A stretch of DNA of 63,783 nucleotides, counting the filler, from Hyphochytrium catenoides (Eukaryota; Protista; Hyphochytriomycota), in NCBI GenBank assembly GCA_900088475.1. It is 11 parts of 11 records of this genome, joined end to end, with 100 filler letters (N's around TTAATTAATTAA, not from the genome) between each part and the next. Parts side by side here need not be neighbours in the genome. Positions count along the whole stretch, not along the records: positions 47,477 to 53,148 come from FLMG01000467.1; positions 53,249 to 54,486 come from FLMG01004238.1; positions 54,587 to 56,147 come from FLMG01001324.1; positions 56,248 to 59,655 come from FLMG01004737.1; positions 59,756 to 61,768 come from FLMG01002575.1; positions 61,869 to 63,783 come from FLMG01002019.1; 5 more parts are not named here. One strand, written 5' to 3'. The notes under the pieces were generated by a model. It was not told where the DNA came from, did no database searches, and saw only the letters and a program-made list of their open reading frames with translations. Of this stretch, positions 52,346-63,783 are shown piece after piece. Each line of letters begins with the position of its first letter. Position 1 is the stretch's first letter. Both the position numbers and the translations under genes were made by a program.

Positions 52346-52839
52346 AGAAGAGAAGAGCGAGAGAGCAGAGAGACAGAGAGAGGGAGAGAGAGGAAAAGTG
52401 ATGAGAAGGAGAGAAGCCAAGCGAGAGAGAAAGAAAGAGAGAGAGAGAGAGAGAGAAAGAGGAGGGACAAAGAGAGAGATGCGCGGAACAGGAGAGAGTG
52501 AGATCAGAGGCTCAAAGAGAGAGAGAGGGGGAGAGAGAGATGCGAATAGAGATTCATCTCATTTCCTTCCCTGGCGTCACTTTCTCTCTCTTTCTCTCTC
52601 TCACATGGCCCTCTCCCATCCGTCTCTCTGCCATATACACACACGAAAGATAGACTCTCCTCTTTTTTTCTCCTCTCTCTCTCTCTCTCTCTCTCACCAT
52701 TGGGGAAGACAATGTACTGGAAGCTCTTGTCAAACCATCTGTCTTTTATCCTTCCTCCCGCGACAGAGTGAAGCGTCGTGTCCGCACTCACAGCAGTGTC
52801 TTCCTTCTCCAGCGTCAGAGAGAAGAGACTTGACTCCAC
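48425..52839 (-). CDS. CROT: Carnitine O-acyltransferase, CROT-like, with C-terminal PTS1-like AKM; 5' part lost in gap
   Basis: RWFDKSFQ, catalytic EHANADA, PDTFFQLSLQLAFYR, TYESAHTRFFYHG|RTETIR, G|HGIDRHLLG and the CROT-type SGGGGNYVLSTS. Confidence 0.88.
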
Positions 52840-52985
52840 CTGGAGAGAGAGAGAGTGAGTGAGAGAGAGAGAGAGAGAGAGAGAGAAAAGATAGAGAGAC
52901 AAAGAAGGAGGGAGAGAAGAAAGAGATGGGTAAGTGAGAGAGAGGAGCAGAGACGGGCCGACAAGAGAGAAAACCGAAAGTGCAA

Positions 52986-53022
<37 letters not shown>

Positions 53023-53282
53023 GAGAGGAGAGAGAGAGAGAGAGAGAAAGAAAGACAGAGAGAGAGATTGGCATAAAAAAAGAGAAGGACACATAGCAGA
53101 AAAGAAAACGAGAGTCAAGAGAGTCAGGAAAGCTTTGAGAGAAGAGAANNNNNNNNNNNNNNNNNNNNNNNNNNNNNNNNNNNNNNNNNNNNTTAATTAA
53201 TTAANNNNNNNNNNNNNNNNNNNNNNNNNNNNNNNNNNNNNNNNNNNNTCTCTCTTCCTCTCTCTCTCTCTCTCTCTCTCAG

Positions 53283-53651
53283 CTTCTGCGAGGAGAAGTT
53301 TCTCCCTCGTTATGTCTCGACAATTGGCGTGGATTTCGGTGTGAAGCCGCTGGAAATCGAAGGGAAAAGTGTTCGCGTCAATTTCTGGGATCTCTCCGGT
53401 CTTGCTGACTATTCTGACATCAGAGCTGAGTTCTATAAGGACTCGCAGGTGAGAGAGGCTCTCTCTCTCGCTTTCTCTGTCTCTCTCTCTCTTTCTCTCT
53501 CTCTCCCTTGACCACGTCTTCTGCTCTGTGTTTCTACACCTGAGTTCTTGCTCTTTCTCGCTTTCACATGTTTCCTTGTCCATCACAAGCGGCGCTCTCT
53601 CTCTCTCTCTCGCTGTCTTCTCTCCTGCCTTATTGTCTTTCTTTCTCTCTC

Positions 53652-53682
<31 letters not shown>

Positions 53683-53683
53683 T

Positions 53684-53716
<33 letters not shown>

Positions 53717-53837
53717 GCCTCCATCTCTCCCTCTCTCTCTCTCTCTCCCCTCTTCTATACTTTGTTCGACATCTCTTTTCCGGTCCCCACAGCGTTTGGC
53801 CGCGCTTCTCAGCGTAATCTTTGGTCGTTATTCTTTG

Positions 53838-53874
<37 letters not shown>

Positions 53875-54048
53875 ACTCACTCTGTCTCTCTCTCTTAGGG
53901 CGTAATCTTGGTCTTTGACGTCTCCAACCGTCTCTCTTTCGAATCCTGCGGCTCGTGGCTGGAAGAGGCAAAGAGAAATGGTCTTGACTCCTCAATTCCC
54001 GTCATTTTATTAGGAAATAAAAGTGACAAGAGGAGAGATGTGGCGGAG
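53283..54048 (+). CDS. RJL: RJL-family Ras-like small GTPase, internal fragment; exons 53283-53448, ~53899-54048
   Basis: FCEEKFLPRYVSTIGVDFGVK...VNFWDLSG...IRAEFYKDSQ|GVILVFDVS...GNKSD. The EFYKD motif and missing switch-II Gln are RJL/DNAJC27 hallmarks. Confidence 0.85.
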
Positions 54049-56247
54049 GTGAGGAAGGACGACTCGCTGTCTCACTCTCTCTGTCTCTCTCTCCCTGTCT
54101 CTCTCTGTCACTTTCTTTCTCTCTTTCCTTTCTCCATCTCGCCCTCACTCTCTCCCCTGCTTTCTTTCTTAAGTCTCCTCTGTCCCTCGCCCTAATCTTT
54201 CCAACTGACGTCAGTCTTTCTCTCTATCTTTTTCTCTTTCCTTCTCTCTCTTTTTCTTCCGCTCTCTCTCTCTCTCTCCCGACTCTGTGCTTGCTCTCTC
54301 TCTCTTCTTCGGTCACTCTGGCCACGTCGCTCGCTCTCATTGTCTCCCACTCTCTCATTTCCTCTCTCTCTTTCTCTTCTTCCTCTCGCCTCTCTCCCTC
54401 GATCTCCCTCGATCTCTGTCTCTCGGTGTGTCTCTCTCTGTCTGTCTCTGTCGCTATCTCTTCCTCTCTCTCTCTCTCTCTCTCTCNNNNNNNNNNNNNN
54501 NNNNNNNNNNNNNNNNNNNNNNNNNNNNNNTTAATTAATTAANNNNNNNNNNNNNNNNNNNNNNNNNNNNNNNNNNNNNNNNNNNNTCGCTCTCTCTCTC
54601 TCTCTCGCCCTTTTTCTCCTCTCTCTCTCTCTTTCTCTCTCTCCCTTTTTCTCTCCTCTCTCTCTCTCTTCTCTCTCTCTCTTCTCTCCTTCGCCCCCTC
54701 TCGCCTTCGTTTCGTAATGCTGTGTCTCTATTTTATCGCACGCGTGTATGCCCGCTTCCTCCCTTCATTTTCCGTCTGCTTGTTTGTCTGTCTGTTTTTC
54801 TATCTGTCGGTCTGTCTTTCACTCTATTCTTCTCCTCTGTTTATAAGTGGACAGCAGGAAGCTTTTTTGATGCTCATCTCTCTCTGCTCTTGCTTCTCTT
54901 CTCTTGCGTTCTCTCCTCTTCACACCATTATAATGAGGAGAAGCAGGAGAGTTGCAATGCCTCCCTCTTCGCTCCCTTCTTGTGCACCTATTCTTAATAA
55001 GGTCAAGGACCAGAATTACTGTTGTCTCTGTTCTCTCCTTGCCCTCTCCCTTCTTCTCCTCCTTCTCTCCGTCTCTCGTTCTCTCTTTCCCTGATTGAGG
55101 GGAGAAGATCAGAAGAGAACGGCGGAGAACAAGAAGATCTCCACCCTATTACGAAGAAAGAGGGAGAGGATAGGAGGGAAAGAGAGGATTAGAGAGGCAC
55201 CGCACGATACGTGATGGAGAGACAGAGAGAAGAGAGAGGGCATGAGAGAGAGAGAGTCTTTCTGGTCACACACCATTCTTATCTCTACCAGGCGATGATG
55301 TTATTTCACAAAAAAAAGAAGAGGCCACGCCGCTGTCAACGTCTCCTCTCTCCAGTTTATGTCTGTGTCTCTCTCTCTTGCCACCCCTATTCTTCTCTCT
55401 CTGCCCCTCAGTCATCCTTCTCCCTTCCAGCTAGTCAACTTTTTCACTTTATGAGAGACTGGCTCTTTCCAATAATGAAAGAGAGAGAGAAGAGAGAAAG
55501 CGAAGAAATAAGTGAAGAGAGGGAACAGCTACTTATGGGATGGGAGTAAAGAAGAAGAGAGCGAGCGCAACGCTCTTCGTCATGATCACCATCTCTGGAT
55601 GAGAGTGCTGTTTCAAGAGAGAACGGTTCGGAAGAAGAGGAGGGAAGAAAGAGAAGAGAGGCGCAGAGAGAGAGAGAGAGAAAGAGAGTATAAGTAACCA
55701 AGAGAAGAAGAAAACAGACACAACAAGAGACGAATAGCTCCAAGAATGACAGAAAAAACTCATCCAGATGTAGGAAACATTATTAATGACTAAAGTTCAA
55801 AATCTATCCCCCCACTCATCAATAACCTCTGTCTCTCTCTCTCTCTCCCTTCTCCTGTGTTTTGGTCACTTCTCAGTTGCGGCGATATCCTGATGGGACA
55901 AAGCTGCCAGAAATTCAGGGAAGACGAAATGGTCTCTACTATCTTTCCAGCAGCAAACATGTCTTCCATACCTTCTCTCTCTCTCTCTCTCATCTCGTGA
56001 AGGCTTCTACTACTCTGTCGGGCAATCGGGCATCCATCTCTCTCTTTCTTAGAGCACACTGTATAGCTCTCCTTCCCTCTTCCTCTTACACTCTATCAAA
56101 ACGCTCTGTTTCTCTTCCCTCATCTCTCTCTCTCTCTCTCTCTCTCTNNNNNNNNNNNNNNNNNNNNNNNNNNNNNNNNNNNNNNNNNNNNTTAATTAAT
56201 TAANNNNNNNNNNNNNNNNNNNNNNNNNNNNNNNNNNNNNNNNNNNN

Positions 56248-57126
56248 GCTCTGTTGGAGAAGGAAGAAGAGGAAGGAGAGCTGGTTGCAAGGACTTCAGT
56301 TGTGGCCCAATTGCCATTTTCCTCTTTCCTTTTTCCTCTTTCTCCTACTCATCTCTTTCGTCCTTTCTTCACTGTTGCTCATGTTCCTTTGGCTCTATTT
56401 CTTTGCTTCTCTCTTTCGTATCTCTCTGTCTCTCTCTCCATCTCTTGGAGTTCTTTTCATCACATTCACTGTGATACTCTCTATGCTTCCTCTCTTTTTG
56501 TTCCGAGTTCTTTTTCCTTCTTGATTGTTCTCTCTCCTCTTTCTCTTGCCCCCTAGAGCTCTCTTACCGCTGATCTCTATAGCTTGGCCCCAGGGCTTCT
56601 ACAGCCTTCTTCACTGAAAGTCATCGGGAGAGAAATGAGAGAGGAAATAAGAGAGAGAGAGAGCAAAACCAAAAAAGAGCAAAAAGGAAAGAGAAGTGAG
56701 AAAGAACATGGGAAGCCGTATGAAAAGACTTGGGTCTACTGCGTGTGGGAGTTATAAAAGTGAAGAAAGAGGGAGTGGCGGAAAGAGGGANNNNNNNNNN
56801 NNNNNNNNNNNNNNNNNNNNNNNNNNNNNNNNNNNNNNNNNNNNNNNNNNNNNNNNNNNNNNNNNNNNNNNNNNNNNNNNNNNGAGAAAGAGAGAGAGAG
56901 AAAGAGATGGTCCTTACGACGTTCGTGGGTCTCCTGCATGGGGTGAAGGCGTTGAGCGATGGTGAAGAACTTGACCGCCTTCTGGTAGTTCTGCAAACAA
57001 CGAGAGTTGTCCCTAAGACCCGCTGTGAACTTCTGACTCCTGATCTGTAGCCATGCGTTCATTCTTTCTTTATTTCTCTCTCTCTCTTTCCCTTTCTCTT
57101 CCTCCCTCTCCCTCTCTCTCCCTCCG

Positions 57127-57178
<52 letters not shown>

Positions 57179-57564
57179 CTCTCTCTCTCTCTCTCTCTCC
57201 CTCTCTCTCACCTCTGGCTCCACAAGGTTCCCTTTCCATCTTTCTACCTTCCATTTCACCTTTTCTTCCTTTCTCCCTCCCCTCTCTCTCCCTCCGCCCT
57301 CTCTCTCTCTCTCTCTCTCTCTCTCGATCCTCTGTCTCTCTCTCTCTCTTCTTTACTCAACTTTTCCCGAAAGGCCCCGTTTACTTGGCCTATCTTCTCT
57401 CTTCCTCTCTTTCTTTCTGTTCCTCTTCGGGTCTACGGCTCTCTCCCTACCTTGCCTTGGAAGTGCTGCATGCCTAGCTCTATTGCGCGCTGTGCTTCGT
57501 CTGCATTTGCCTGCGACTCTGGGGAGAGAGAGACAGGAGCAGGCTGCCGCTGCCTGACTTCCAT
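56248..57564 (-). CDS. Protein with DNAJB12/14-like N-terminal helical segment (5' fragment; J-domain not visible)
   Basis: In-phase exons give ANADEAQRAIELGMQHFQGK|NYQKAVKFFTIAQRLHP...L|KKAVEALG, which resembles the N.DEA.R......KA.+F...AQRL.P start of DNAJB12. Confidence 0.55.
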
Positions 57565-58737
57565 TGTCTCTTCTCTCTTAAGGATACTGTTTCCTACGTT
57601 GCCTCTTTTCTTTCGGCAGTTCTGGGTCTTCTTCTCTTCTAAAAGTTCTGATGCTTTACCGCTTCTGCGGACAATCAGTCCGGGCAAAGAGAGACGAGGA
57701 TGACTAACCTCAGCGCCTAAGGACTTTGGAGGCAAGCAGGCAAAAGAGAGATGAAGCACAAAAGCAAAGAGCAGCGAGAAGAAGGAGAGAATGGGAGAGT
57801 AAGCGAGAGCGCAGGAGATACATAAAAAGAAGACAGAAAAAACCATTGACAAAGAGAAGACGGAGGAGTGGTGAGGTGAAGAGAGAGTGGTGAGAAGAGA
57901 GGGGAGTTGAGACAGAGTGACAAGAGAGAGAGAGAGAGAGAAAGAAAGAGAGAAAGAGAGAATGAGAGCAAAGAGAGCAAAAAAACAGATAGAGACAGTA
58001 TAACGAGGACGAAGACCAAAACAAAGAACAGTGCTGGGTCCAAGGGGAAGGCTGGGTGAAGATAATTATCCCAAATTATCACGGGAGACTCAATCTCATG
58101 GCGGTGTATGGTGGTGCTTGGCCGCTACAATCCCCGGCGGAGCCTTGTTGTGTTGGGTCGTTGGACAGCATTCTAGGGGCAAGTCCCTTGTGCTGTTTTG
58201 GGATGTGAGGTGTTGTATTGTCGCTGTAGCTCTAAGCGAAGAGGCAGAAATAGGGGCAGTGTAACGGTCATTTATCTCTNNNNNNNNNNNNNNNNNNNNN
58301 NNNNNNNNNNNNNNNNNNNNNNNNNNNNNNNNNNNNNNNNNNNNCTCTCTCTCTCTCTCTCTCTCTCTCTTGTCACTGTATCCTTTTTCTCATTTGCTCT
58401 CTGTCTCACTCTCTCTCTTTCTCTCTCTCTCTCTCTTTTTCTCTCTCTCTCTCTCTTTCGTTCGTTCTCTCTCTTTCTCCTTCTTTCTCAACTCTCGTTC
58501 TCTTTCTCCGCTTTTCCTCTTGTCCCTCCCGTCTTTTCCGAGCCTCCCCTCTCTCTTCCTCTCGCCCCTATTCCCTTCCTCTGTTGTCCCTTCTGCGGCT
58601 TGCAGGTCCGTCCGTCTCTCTTTCTCTTTATCATCTTCACCTCGCTCGATGTCTGTCTGGCACTTGTCTCTTGGCTTCTCAGCTGTATCTAAAGTGCTTA
58701 CTCTGTCTGTCTCATCAGCAATTCTCTCTTCTGCACA

Positions 58738-58771
<34 letters not shown>

Positions 58772-59001
58772 ATCGATCGATCGATATATATAAGAGAAGA
58801 CCGGGCAGGAGAGAGAAGAGAGTCGAGGGCGAAGAGACCGCTAAGATCGACAAGGGAGAAGGGCCAAGAGACCAAGAGCACCAGTCATAGAGGAGAGAGC
58901 AGGCTGGAGAGAGAGGAGGAGCTTCATAGTGAGACCGAGTGACTGAAAAACCAAGAGAAAGAGCAAAGAGAGAGAAGGGGAAGAGAGAGAGAGAAAGAGA
59001 G

Positions 59002-59655
59002 ATGTCGGCACCACTGGCAGGAGCAGGAGCAGCAGGAGAAGCTCCCAAAATGTTCGAGTCTTTCCTAATCGTGGGTCTCAAGGCCTCGCCGGAGTCCTCA
59101 CAGCGTCCTCAGGAGCCGACGGTGCTCTGGCGGTGGCCGGAAGAAGGTTCATCGATGATGCCGAAGGATGTTGCCTCTCTCTGCTGTCCGGCGGGGAAGA
59201 TGATGGAGAAAAAGATGACCATGAGAAGGTGCGAAGGCAGCGATTGAAGAGCCAAAGAAAGAGAGAGAGAGAGAGAGACAGAGACAGAGAGAGAGCGAGA
59301 GAGAGAGAGAAGCGAGAGATAACCAAAAGCAAGAATAGCAGCTGAGGAGAAGAGAAAGGAATTGACCAGACGGGAAACCGTGAAAGGAAGAAGACGGCGA
59401 GAGAAAGAGGGGGAGAGACAGGTGAAGAGAGACAATGGGAGAGGGACAACGGCGGAGAGATGGAGAGAGAGCTGAGGAGCGGAGCAAAGGGCAGTGTTCC
59501 CGCCATCAACGTGTTGGAGCAAAGACAGGATGCATCTGACTCCTCTTGTTCTCTTTCCATCTTCCTTTGTCTTTCTCTCTTTGTCTCTCCCAATGTCATT
59601 CAGCACGGAGCATGTCTTTGTTATCAGCGACGGTCGGTCGAAGAAAGTGTACGGC
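59002..59655 (+). CDS. DENN-domain (Rab GEF) protein, uDENN N-terminal fragment; exons 59002-59228, 59604->59655
   Basis: MFESFLIVGL...EPTVLWRWP...VASLCCPAG...HVFVISDGRSKKVYG follows the uDENN pattern. Confidence 0.8.
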
Positions 59656-59806
59656 NNNNNNNNNNNNNNNNNNNNNNNNNNNNNNNNNNNNNNNNNNNNT
59701 TAATTAATTAANNNNNNNNNNNNNNNNNNNNNNNNNNNNNNNNNNNNNNNNNNNNCTCTCTCTCTCTCTCTCTCTCTTTCTCCCTCTCGCTCCACTTCAC
59801 CGTTAC

Positions 59807-60754
59807 CTGTCTTTCCTCTCCTGCCGACGCCTTGATTGTTCCGCGCAACTGAGAAGTCACCGAAATCATTTGTTGAGGATCGATCATTGCGTTTGTTCCC
59901 CGCTTTCTTCCCACCAAAGCCAAACCTGAGCGGGGAGAGAGAGAGATAGACATTGAGAAGAGAGAATAATAGGGAGAAAAAGAATGTACGGAAGAGGGAG
60001 GGAGAAAACGAGAAGAGATAAAGCAAAAGAGTAGAGAGACAGAGAGCGAGATGGAAGAGAGAAAGAGGTAGAGAAAAAGGGCAAACAAAAGAGGAGAGAG
60101 AAGGGTGAAAGAATAAGAGAGAGAAAGGTGAGAGAGAGGCGGAGAGAGAATAACAAAAGAGAGAGAGAGGAAGGAGGGAAAAAAAGGAGAGAGAGCGAGA
60201 GAGAGGAGCGATGGAGAAGAGGAGAGAGAATCGGAAGAGGGGAGATAACCTTAGAGAAGCGGAAGAAAGAACAGAAGGGAGAGGAATGCCAAGGCTTAAA
60301 AGACAATTTTTTTTGGCAGAGCCAGTCAGGGAGAGAAACATTTCCGATAAAGAGAGAGAGACCGAAAGAGAGGGAAAGGAACCGCAGGAGAGAGAGATAA
60401 AAGCCAAGAAGAAAGAGAGAGTCCGGCCAGCAGGAAAGGAGAGAGAGACAAGGTCTAAAACGCGTGTGATGTCCTCACTTTTTGTCCTTCATCATCCTTT
60501 TTCTTCCCTTTGCTGGCTTTCCTCTTCCGCCATCTTCTTCTCTCTTTCTCTTCTGTCCAACCTTCGCAGAGTTGTTCATGTGCGCATCAAAGTCATCGTT
60601 ATCGTCACCCAACTGGCTCTTGCTGAAAAAGAGGAGAAGGGGAGAGAGACGGGGTAGGTGGGGGAGAAAGAGAGAGGGGAGAAAGAGAGGGAGAGCGGGA
60701 GAGAGAGGGAGAGGATGGGTGAGAGAGAGAGAGGATGTGTGTGTGTGTGAGTGT

Positions 60755-60800
<46 letters not shown>

Positions 60801-61444
60801 AAGAGAAGAGAGAGAGAGAGAAAGAGAGAGAGAGAATGAGAGAGAGAGACGGCGAGATAAGAAAGAGACACTGGCTGATTTAGAGGAAGTGAGGCAGAAT
60901 GTGGAGACAAGGTTTCGAGAGAAGTACAACTGTCAAACTTTTTTGGGGGAAGAAGAGAGAGAGAGACCGTGTGTGCGGCGAGGAGCAACAGGGTGAAAAG
61001 TTCCGAGAAAAAAGAGAGTTAGGACCCTTACTCTCTCTTTTTCCATTGATCCACAGCCTTTTCGAACTCTTTCTTTCTGGCTGATTTCTCTTTCTGTTTC
61101 TCTGCTTGAACCTGCGACGATAGGAGTGAGGAGAAGGAGAGAAAGGTGAAGACGAAAGAGAGAATTCGCAGAAGCGAGGGGGCGGAGAGAGAGAGAGAGA
61201 GAAAGAGGGAGAACAAGAAGGCCCGAAAGAGATAAAGAGTAGGGTGTGTTGTGTCAAAAAAAAGGAGAGGGATAGCAATCCTTGTTGTCCAAGAGACAGA
61301 GAGAGAGAGAGAAATGCTATGGAGGCAGGGAAGTTATGAGAGGAATAGAGAGACCTTCTTCGCTATCTTTTTGTGTTCCTGAGACTTCTTTCTCTCCTCC
61401 ACCGCTTGCATCTTCTTCTGCTCAAAGATCAGCTTGTCCTTGAC
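59807..61444 (-). CDS. EBP2: rRNA-processing protein EBP2, C-terminal fragment between gaps
   Basis: VKDKLIFEQKKMQAVEERKK...IAKK|VQAEKQKEK...WKK...KRMMKDKK|FGFGGKKAGNKRNDRSSTND, which includes the EBP2 KFGFGGKK motif. Confidence 0.85.
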
Positions 61445-61519
61445 CTGAAGCAAGGTAAAGCGGAGATCAGAGGGACGAAGCACACTTATAGAGAGTGGGG
61501 GGTAGAGAGAGAGAGAGAG

Positions 61520-61564
<45 letters not shown>

Positions 61565-61736
61565 GCGGACGATTCCAAAATAGGCAAAAGACCCAGGGAG
61601 TAAAGTATTAGAAAGACATAGAAGACAGAAAGAAAGGGCTAATGGACAAAACTAAGGAGAGAGAGAAGGAGGGAGAAAGCAAGACCATGAAACTGAGAGA
61701 CAGAGAAAGAGAGACACAGAGAGAGGAAAGAGAGGA

Positions 61737-61768
<32 letters not shown>

Positions 61769-61985
61769 NNNNNNNNNNNNNNNNNNNNNNNNNNNNNNNN
61801 NNNNNNNNNNNNTTAATTAATTAANNNNNNNNNNNNNNNNNNNNNNNNNNNNNNNNNNNNNNNNNNNNGAGAGAGAGAGAGAGAGAGAGGGACAGGAAGA
61901 AGAGAGAAAGAGCTAAGTCTGCAGGAGGCCTCTTGCGTGTTAGCATGAGAAACAAAGAGAGAAAGAGAAGGATAATCGAGTTACC

Positions 61986-62992
61986 TTTCACAAGCTTTCC
62001 AGCGACCTCAACTCTGAGATATCTAATCGCAAGCTCTTCCAGACTCCGAGTGATCGTGATCGTAGTCAACGCACGAGTGGCCGCGAAAGCAACTCTAGAC
62101 AGCAAAAGTCAAAAGACAGAGAGAGAGAGAGAGAGAGATAAAGGAACGAGTTAAGCAATGCAAAGAAGGTAGAGGAGCATATATGGCGCAGGGGGTCAAA
62201 TGTATAATAGAGAGAGAGGACAAAAGAGAAAAGGGTGAAAGAAAGAAGGAGGAGAGAGAGAGAGAGAGAGAGAAGGATAGGAACGAAAGAGAGGGAAGTC
62301 CACACGTGAGTGAGCGCAAATGTCTTGCTAAGGGGAGAGAGAGAGAGGAAGAGAAAGAACAAAGAAGAGGGAGGGAACATATATTAAGAGACATTTATCC
62401 AGGTAGATAAAGACGGAGAGAGAGAGAGAGAATAAAGACAAAAAGTAGAAAGATGACAAAGCACAGAGAGGACAATAGGAGAAAGAAGGCAGAAGGGAAG
62501 GAAGGTGATTCTCTCTCTCTTAGAATGCCATCTACTGACCTCCTGCCAAATTCCTTGGGAGAAGGGAGAGAGTCAAAAGGCTTCTCATCCTCTTCTTCGT
62601 CTTCTTCTTCATCCAGCGACTCCGCCCATTCGGTCCCTACCTCGGCCAGTACGAGGATCCCCTGGACTATCCCAGCTTTCGCTGTAGAGCCGAGAAAAAG
62701 AGAGAAAGAGAGAGAGAGAGGATGAACGGTTAAAGAGAGAGAGTGAGCGAATGGAGAGAGAGAGAGAGAGAGAGTGGGGAGAGAGGGGAGCGTAAAGGAA
62801 AAGAGAAAGAGGTAATGGAGGGGGAGGACATTAGATAGGCGAGGGGCATTGTGACGACGCAAACAAAAAAAAAGAAGAGAGAGAGTGCTTGCCGACGACA
62901 GAGTCCGACATATGTTAGACAGTCCAATGACGGCTTAGAGGAGTAGGATGCTGGTGATGCCGACAGACAGAGCGAGAGAGCGAGAGAGAGAG

Positions 62993-63040
<48 letters not shown>

Positions 63041-63520
63041 CAAATAGGAGAAGAGGGACAAAGAGAACACGGAGAGAGAAGGGAGAGAGAGAGAAAAAGA
63101 GTGAGAAGAGAAGAAAGCGACTCGATGGAGAACCTCACATATAAAAAAGGTAGAAAGAAAGAGAAAAGAGAGAGAGAGAGAGAATGTGTGTGTGTGTACC
63201 TAGTCCAATGGCCAGTCCCCTGGGAGTGAGATGTGCATAGAAAAGCTTTTTGTCCGCCAGATAATCCTTTCCACCGCGAGAGAGGTATAGAGTCGTACCA
63301 TTGCTAGCAACAATCGACATCGTGAACTAGAGGAAACGACCACGGTGTCTTCTCTCTGTCGCCTCTCTTCTTTCTCTCTCTCTTTCTTTCCTACACCTTC
63401 CACCTTTCACCTCGCTCTCTTTCTCTCTCTTCCACTCTCCCTCCCCTGTAGAGAAGAGAAAGACCAGAAGATATCTGACTTCTGGAGCTGCCCTGATCTC
63501 CCCCGCCGGTGGAGCTCACG
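61986..63520 (-). CDS. Uncharacterised multi-exon gene fragment
   Basis: Complex islands flanked by splice-like sites and minus-strand CT tracts (e.g. FTMSIVASNGTTLYLSRGGKDYLADKKLFYAHLTPRGLAIGL; VAFAATRALTTITITRSLEELAIRYLRVEVAGKLVK). Exon chain not fully resolved. Confidence 0.4.
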
Positions 63521-63680
63521 ATTGGAGAGAAAAGGGAAGAGAAGCAAAAAGAAAGAGAAACAGATGAAGAAGGAAAGAAGAGACAACTCAAACAAAATGA
63601 TCGGATACGCCCATTGCCTGACTCACAGTCGTTCCTCCCCAGTCAAGGCTTTTTCCTCATCCCCTCCTTTCTCTCTCACT

Positions 63681-63719
<39 letters not shown>

Positions 63720-63783
63720 CTCTCTGTCCTCTCTCTCTCTGTCTCTCTCGTGTCTCTCTCTCATCTCCCTCTCTCTCTCTCTC

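Larger units (their letters stand above)
1..63783. repeat. Pervasive imperfect (CT)n/(GA)n microsatellite filling introns and intergenic DNA
   Basis: Visible throughout. Many internal N-runs and gaps fall inside these tracts. Confidence 0.98.

Noticed and set aside
54587-56147. Continuation of the RJL or DNAJB12-like gene
   Set aside because: No G5 (ETSA) or HPD motif is visible, and there is no consistent exon chain.
5569-59655. Functional cluster of trafficking genes (AP1S, VPS51, RJL, DENN)
   Set aside because: They are interspersed with unrelated housekeeping genes and separated by gaps, which is consistent with chance.
35-63595. Hundreds of poly-SL and poly-ER ORFs as real proteins
   Set aside because: They are stop-free translations of CT/GA microsatellite in introns or antisense strands.

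Overview
Eukaryotic, intron-rich genomic scaffold from a microbial eukaryote. A stramenopile/ochrophyte-type protist is plausible from gene content, but that is inference. It contains ten 100-nt artificial gap linkers (44 N + TTAATTAATTAA + 44 N). Most six-frame ORFs (poly-SL, poly-ER) are artefacts of pervasive (CT)n/(GA)n microsatellites. Manual splicing recovers about 16 genes or fragments: a CHD6-9-like remodeller (3' part), AP-1 sigma, a degenerate EF-hand protein, VPS51, COX15, a WRKY19-like zinc-finger protein, a 7-TM GPCR, a PA-domain/isochorismatase fusion, HYOU1, NELF-C/D, a peroxisomal CROT-like acyltransferase, an RJL GTPase, a DNAJB12-like N-terminus, a uDENN protein, EBP2 and an unknown gene. 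Most notable are (i) many introns built as self-complementary 5'-(GA)n...3'-(CT)n units, (ii) an apparently cytosolic PA-domain + isochorismatase fusion lacking both the PA cysteines and the catalytic Cys, and (iii) a NELF-C/D pausing-factor homologue.
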